From the NCBI GenBank assembly GCA_003133815.1, contig PKZR01000270.1, positions 2,569 through 35,072 of the forward strand: 32,504 nucleotides of DNA, written 5' to 3'. Below, piece after piece: positions 29,213 to 32,504 of the stretch (its first letter is position 1; each line of letters starts with the position of its first letter). Made by a program: the position numbers and the translations under genes. The DNA comes from Limisphaerales bacterium. GTDB lineage: Bacteria > Verrucomicrobiota > Verrucomicrobiia > Limisphaerales > UBA11358. Under the pieces are notes generated by a model, which did no database searches, had not been told where the DNA came from, and saw only the letters and a program-made list of their open reading frames with translations.

Positions 29213-29656
29213 ATGAGCAACGAAAACATCACAAAAGAAGAGATCGCAACCATTTTTCCAAAAGTGGCGGAGACGATGGCTGACGCGCTCGGCTGCGACA
29301 AAGAAAAGGTGAAGCTCGACGCGTCGCTGATCGGCGACCTCGGCGCGGAATCCATTGACTTCCTCGACATCATCTTCCGCCTCGAACGAGCTTTCAAAGT
29401 GAAAATCCCGCGCGGCAAAATCGTGGAGGAAGCGCGCGGCCAGCTTTCTGAATCCGAATTCGAGAAGGGCGGAGTGGTGACCGACGCGGGCGTGGCGCGG
29501 CTGAAATCCTTTTTGAGCGAAGTTCCGCCGGAACGTTTCAAAACCCCGTTGAAGTCGGCTGAGATTCCCAAGCTGTTCACCACCGAGACATTTTGCAAAA
29601 TGGTGATCCGTCAACAGCGCGCAACGGCGGCGGACGGCGGCGCAAAGCCGGCTTGA
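29213..29656 (+). CDS. Extended acyl carrier protein
   Basis: DLGAESIDFLDIIFRLE phosphopantetheine-site motif in a 147-aa protein. Confidence 0.88.
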   Translation: MSNENITKEEIATIFPKVAETMADALGCDKEKVKLDASLIGDLGAESIDFLDIIFRLERAFKVKIPRGKIVEEARGQLSESEFEKGGVVTDAGVARLKSFLSEVPPERFKTPLKSAEIPKLFTTETFCKMVIRQQRATAADGGAKPA

Positions 29657-29670
29657 GCGGACTGACCGGC

Positions 29671-30510
29671 ATGGACGGACATTTTAACGCATTCACTTTT
29701 GTGAATCGCATCACCGAGCTCCAGCCGGGCGGCTCGGTTCTCGGAAGCTATCTAATCCCGCCTCACATCGACGCTTTTCCCCAATCGCTGGCGGCGGAAG
29801 CGCTCGGGCAACTTGCCGCGTGGGCGGCAATGTCAATCGTTGATTTCAAATTCAGGCCGCTCGCCGGGATTGCCGGGCTGGTGGAACTTCTCTCGCCTGT
29901 CCGGCCGGGACAAATGCTGAACCTGTCTGTCGAACTCGAAAGCGTGGACAACGAAGCGACTGCCTATCGCGGCATCGCGAGCGCAGACGGAATTCCTGTG
30001 ATTCGCCTGCAAAATTGTGTCGGCCCCATGTTGCCCGTTGAGGAATTCGACGAGCCGCAGACGTTGCGACAGCATTTCGCCGTGCTGCGAAACGGCGGAT
30101 CGACACCCGGCGGTTTTGGCGGAATTCCTCCGCTCGAGTTTGCGCGCACCGGCGGCGAACCGGGACAGTCTGTTCGCGCCACGCTGGAAATCCCCATGTC
30201 CGCCCCTTTTTTCGCCGATCATTTTCCGCGCCGCCCGGTTTTTCCAGGAGCGCTGCTGATGAATCTGAACATCCAGCTTGCCGCCGTGTTCGCCGCTGAA
30301 ATTCCCGCGCCTGGTGGAGGTCGTTGGGATTTGCGGACGATTTCCGATTTGAAACTGCGCGCATTCATTCCACCCGGCGAAAAATTGGACCTTGAAGCAA
30401 GGCTCGCCAGCCGCATGGAAAATTCCGCAACGATTATCGTGGAAACGCGCAAGGAAAAAAAACTTGTCGGCAGCGCGCGTGTAACGCTCAAGACGGAGGG
30501 AAGCCCATGA
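29671..30510 (+). CDS. Double hot-dog FabZ/FabA-like dehydratase
   Basis: Domain 1 has FTFVNRI...AEALGQLA...VRPG. Domain 2 has FFADHFPRRPVFPGALL...FIPPG. Confidence 0.8.
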   Translation: MDGHFNAFTFVNRITELQPGGSVLGSYLIPPHIDAFPQSLAAEALGQLAAWAAMSIVDFKFRPLAGIAGLVELLSPVRPGQMLNLSVELESVDNEATAYRGIASADGIPVIRLQNCVGPMLPVEEFDEPQTLRQHFAVLRNGGSTPGGFGGIPPLEFARTGGEPGQSVRATLEIPMSAPFFADHFPRRPVFPGALLMNLNIQLAAVFAAEIPAPGGGRWDLRTISDLKLRAFIPPGEKLDLEARLASRMENSATIIVETRKEKKLVGSARVTLKTEGSP

Positions 30511-31805
30511 CGCCGCGCCGGAGAATCGCCATTACGGGCATCGGCATGGTGACGCCGGTCGGGAACGATGCGCGCACGACTTGGGCGAATTTGCAAGCCG
30601 GACGCAGCGGCCTCGACACGATCCGTCATTTTGATGCAAGCGATTTTCCCGTCCGCATCGGCGCGGCAGTGAAAAACTTTGACGCGGCTGCCGTCATCGG
30701 CAACTCAAAACTTCTCAAGCTCGCCACGCGTGCGAACCGGTTTGCCCTCGCTGCGGCGGAAGAAGCGCTTGCAGATGCAGGAATCCGTCCGACATTATCC
30801 GATGCCCACCGCTGGGGGTTTTGCGTCGGCGCTGGAATGATGGGGCAGGATTTTCGAGAACTGGAAGTTGTCCAAAAATTCTGCGCACCGGACGGTGAGT
30901 TTCAACCGGACGGATTTCTAGCGGACAATTTTCCCGCCGACCCCGTTGCATTTTGCCGCAGCCAGACCAATTCCGGCCTCGCGCTGCTCACGCGCCACTT
31001 TGGGATTCGCGGGTACGCCACGGCTGTTCACACCGCCTGCGCTTCCGGGGGACAAGCTCTCGGCACCGCCCTTAAGGTGATGCGGCGCGGGCATGCTGAT
31101 TTCATGCTGGCCGGCGGTTTCGATTCCATGCTCAACCCGATTGGCATCGCCGCATTTTGCCTGTTGGGTGCGTTGTCCACCGACAACAACGCTCCCGAAC
31201 GCGCGAGCCGCCCGTTCGACGCCACGCGCAATGGCTTTGTCATGGGCGAGGGCGCGGGATTTTTGGTCTTGGAAAATTGGGATTCCGCCCGCAAACGCGG
31301 CGCCAACATTTACGCCGAACTGGCCGGCGACGGAAATTCATTGAGCTGCTATCGCATCACCGATTCGCCGCCGGACGGCGACGGCCCGATTCAGGCTATA
31401 AGACAGGCGCTGGCCGACGCGGGGATTTCACCAGAATCTGTGGATTATGTGAACGCCCATGGAACTTCGACTTTAATGAACGACAAAAGTGAATGCGCCG
31501 CGTTGCGCGTCGTCATGGGAAATCACATCGACCGCGTCGCGGTAAGTTCGACCAAGAGCTGCATGGGACATTTGATAGCGGCGGCGGGCGCGGTTGAGGC
31601 CGCCGTGTGTGCGCTCGCCATCCGCGATGGAATCGCTCCGGTTAATGCAAATTATTTGCTACCTGACCCTGACTGCAACGTGAACATCGTGCGCGAAAAA
31701 TCGCAGCCAATGAAAATCCGCGCCGCGCTCTCAAATTCACTCGGCTTCGGCGGCTCGAACAGTTCGCTCGCCTTCCGTCACCCCGACGAGGTTCCGGACG
31801 CATGA
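30507..31805 (+). CDS. fabF: Beta-ketoacyl-ACP synthase (FabF-like)
   Basis: Catalytic triad motifs TACASG, NAHGTST and KSCMGHL, plus SRPFD and GFGG. Confidence 0.92.
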   Translation: MTPRRRIAITGIGMVTPVGNDARTTWANLQAGRSGLDTIRHFDASDFPVRIGAAVKNFDAAAVIGNSKLLKLATRANRFALAAAEEALADAGIRPTLSDAHRWGFCVGAGMMGQDFRELEVVQKFCAPDGEFQPDGFLADNFPADPVAFCRSQTNSGLALLTRHFGIRGYATAVHTACASGGQALGTALKVMRRGHADFMLAGGFDSMLNPIGIAAFCLLGALSTDNNAPERASRPFDATRNGFVMGEGAGFLVLENWDSARKRGANIYAELAGDGNSLSCYRITDSPPDGDGPIQAIRQALADAGISPESVDYVNAHGTSTLMNDKSECAALRVVMGNHIDRVAVSSTKSCMGHLIAAAGAVEAAVCALAIRDGIAPVNANYLLPDPDCNVNIVREKSQPMKIRAALSNSLGFGGSNSSLAFRHPDEVPDA

Positions 31806-32504
31806 ACTCTCCGCGAAAAATTTTAATCACGGGCCTCGGCGCTGTTTGCGGCGCCGGTTTGAAGATTGACACCATCTGGGACGCCATCGTTAATGGCAAA
31901 TCCTCCATCAAGGAAATCAGCGGTTGGGACGCGGGTCGCTGGCCGGTGCGCGTGGCGGCGGAGGTCACGGGTGTGGACAACCGCACGCTTGTCGAGGACC
32001 GCAAGCTGCACAAAATGATTTCCAAGACCGATTTGTTCGGCCTCTACGCGGCGGACACGGCGATCCGTCAATCCGGCCTGCCGGCCCATCGCGAAACGCT
32101 CGACCCGGACGCGACAATTCATTTCAACGACCGCAGCGGCGTTTTCGCCGGCTCCGGCGGCGGAAATTACGGGTGCAATTACGATTTCTTTCCGGCAATG
32201 GCGGCGGCTGGCGGCGACCTGAAAAAATTCGGCGCGGAATTCACCGAATCCGTCAACCCGATGTGGTTGTTGAGAAATCTACCAAACAACGTGCTGTGCC
32301 ACGTTGGCATCCGGCACAATTTCAAAGGCACGAATGCCTGCATCACAAACCATTGCGCAGGCGGCGCGATGGCGGTCGCCGAAGCAGCAGCAGCCGTCCG
32401 TGCGGGCGAGGCCGACCGGGCCGTCGCCGTCGGGCATGATTCTCCATTTGAACCGGAGACGCTGTTTCATTATCACCGCCTTGGACTGTTGTCGCCGGAA
32501 ATCG
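31802..32504 (+). CDS. Second ketosynthase-family protein (truncated by window edge)
   Basis: Missed by the ORF track. ATG 31802 (ATGA overlap) gives MNSPRKILITGLGAVCGAG...NPMWLLRNLPNNVLCHVGIRHNFKGTNACITNHCAGGAMAVAEA..., open to the window end. Confidence 0.88.
   Translation, partial: MNSPRKILITGLGAVCGAGLKIDTIWDAIVNGKSSIKEISGWDAGRWPVRVAAEVTGVDNRTLVEDRKLHKMISKTDLFGLYAADTAIRQSGLPAHRETLDPDATIHFNDRSGVFAGSGGGNYGCNYDFFPAMAAAGGDLKKFGAEFTESVNPMWLLRNLPNNVLCHVGIRHNFKGTNACITNHCAGGAMAVAEAAAAVRAGEADRAVAVGHDSPFEPETLFHYHRLGLLSPEI

Noticed and set aside
31924-32439. 171-aa plus-strand ORF
   Set aside because: It is in the wrong frame. The real gene is the ketosynthase starting at 31802.

Overview
A gene-dense, GC-rich bacterial chromosome segment. 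Gene style and repeat families suggest Verrucomicrobiota (Pedosphaera-like), which is inference only. Left end (minus strand, 1-6075): a co-oriented block of a membrane protein, a winged-helix regulator, ispH, a DUF6688-like protein, four uncharacterised membrane proteins and an ECF sigma factor that the ORF track missed. The same palindrome, ACTTTG-N5-CAAAG(T/C), sits just upstream of two genes in this block. Middle: housekeeping genes (DciA-like, sixA, ppx, SDR, glnK, amtB, mutS, dinG, mutarotase, M20 amidohydrolase, flippase, GT2, dprA, MBL hydrolase, gamma-CA). mutS carries two different REP-like palindromes inserted in frame. The mutS-dinG gap holds several repeat families, an ArsR-like gene and a RelE/ParE toxin-antitoxin pair bracketed by a 78-bp duplication of the dinG 3' end. 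Right end: the start of an accessory type II FAS/PKS-like operon (FabL-like, FabG, long ACP, double hot-dog dehydratase, two ketosynthases) that runs off the window. No tRNA, rRNA, CRISPR array, transposase or integrase was seen.
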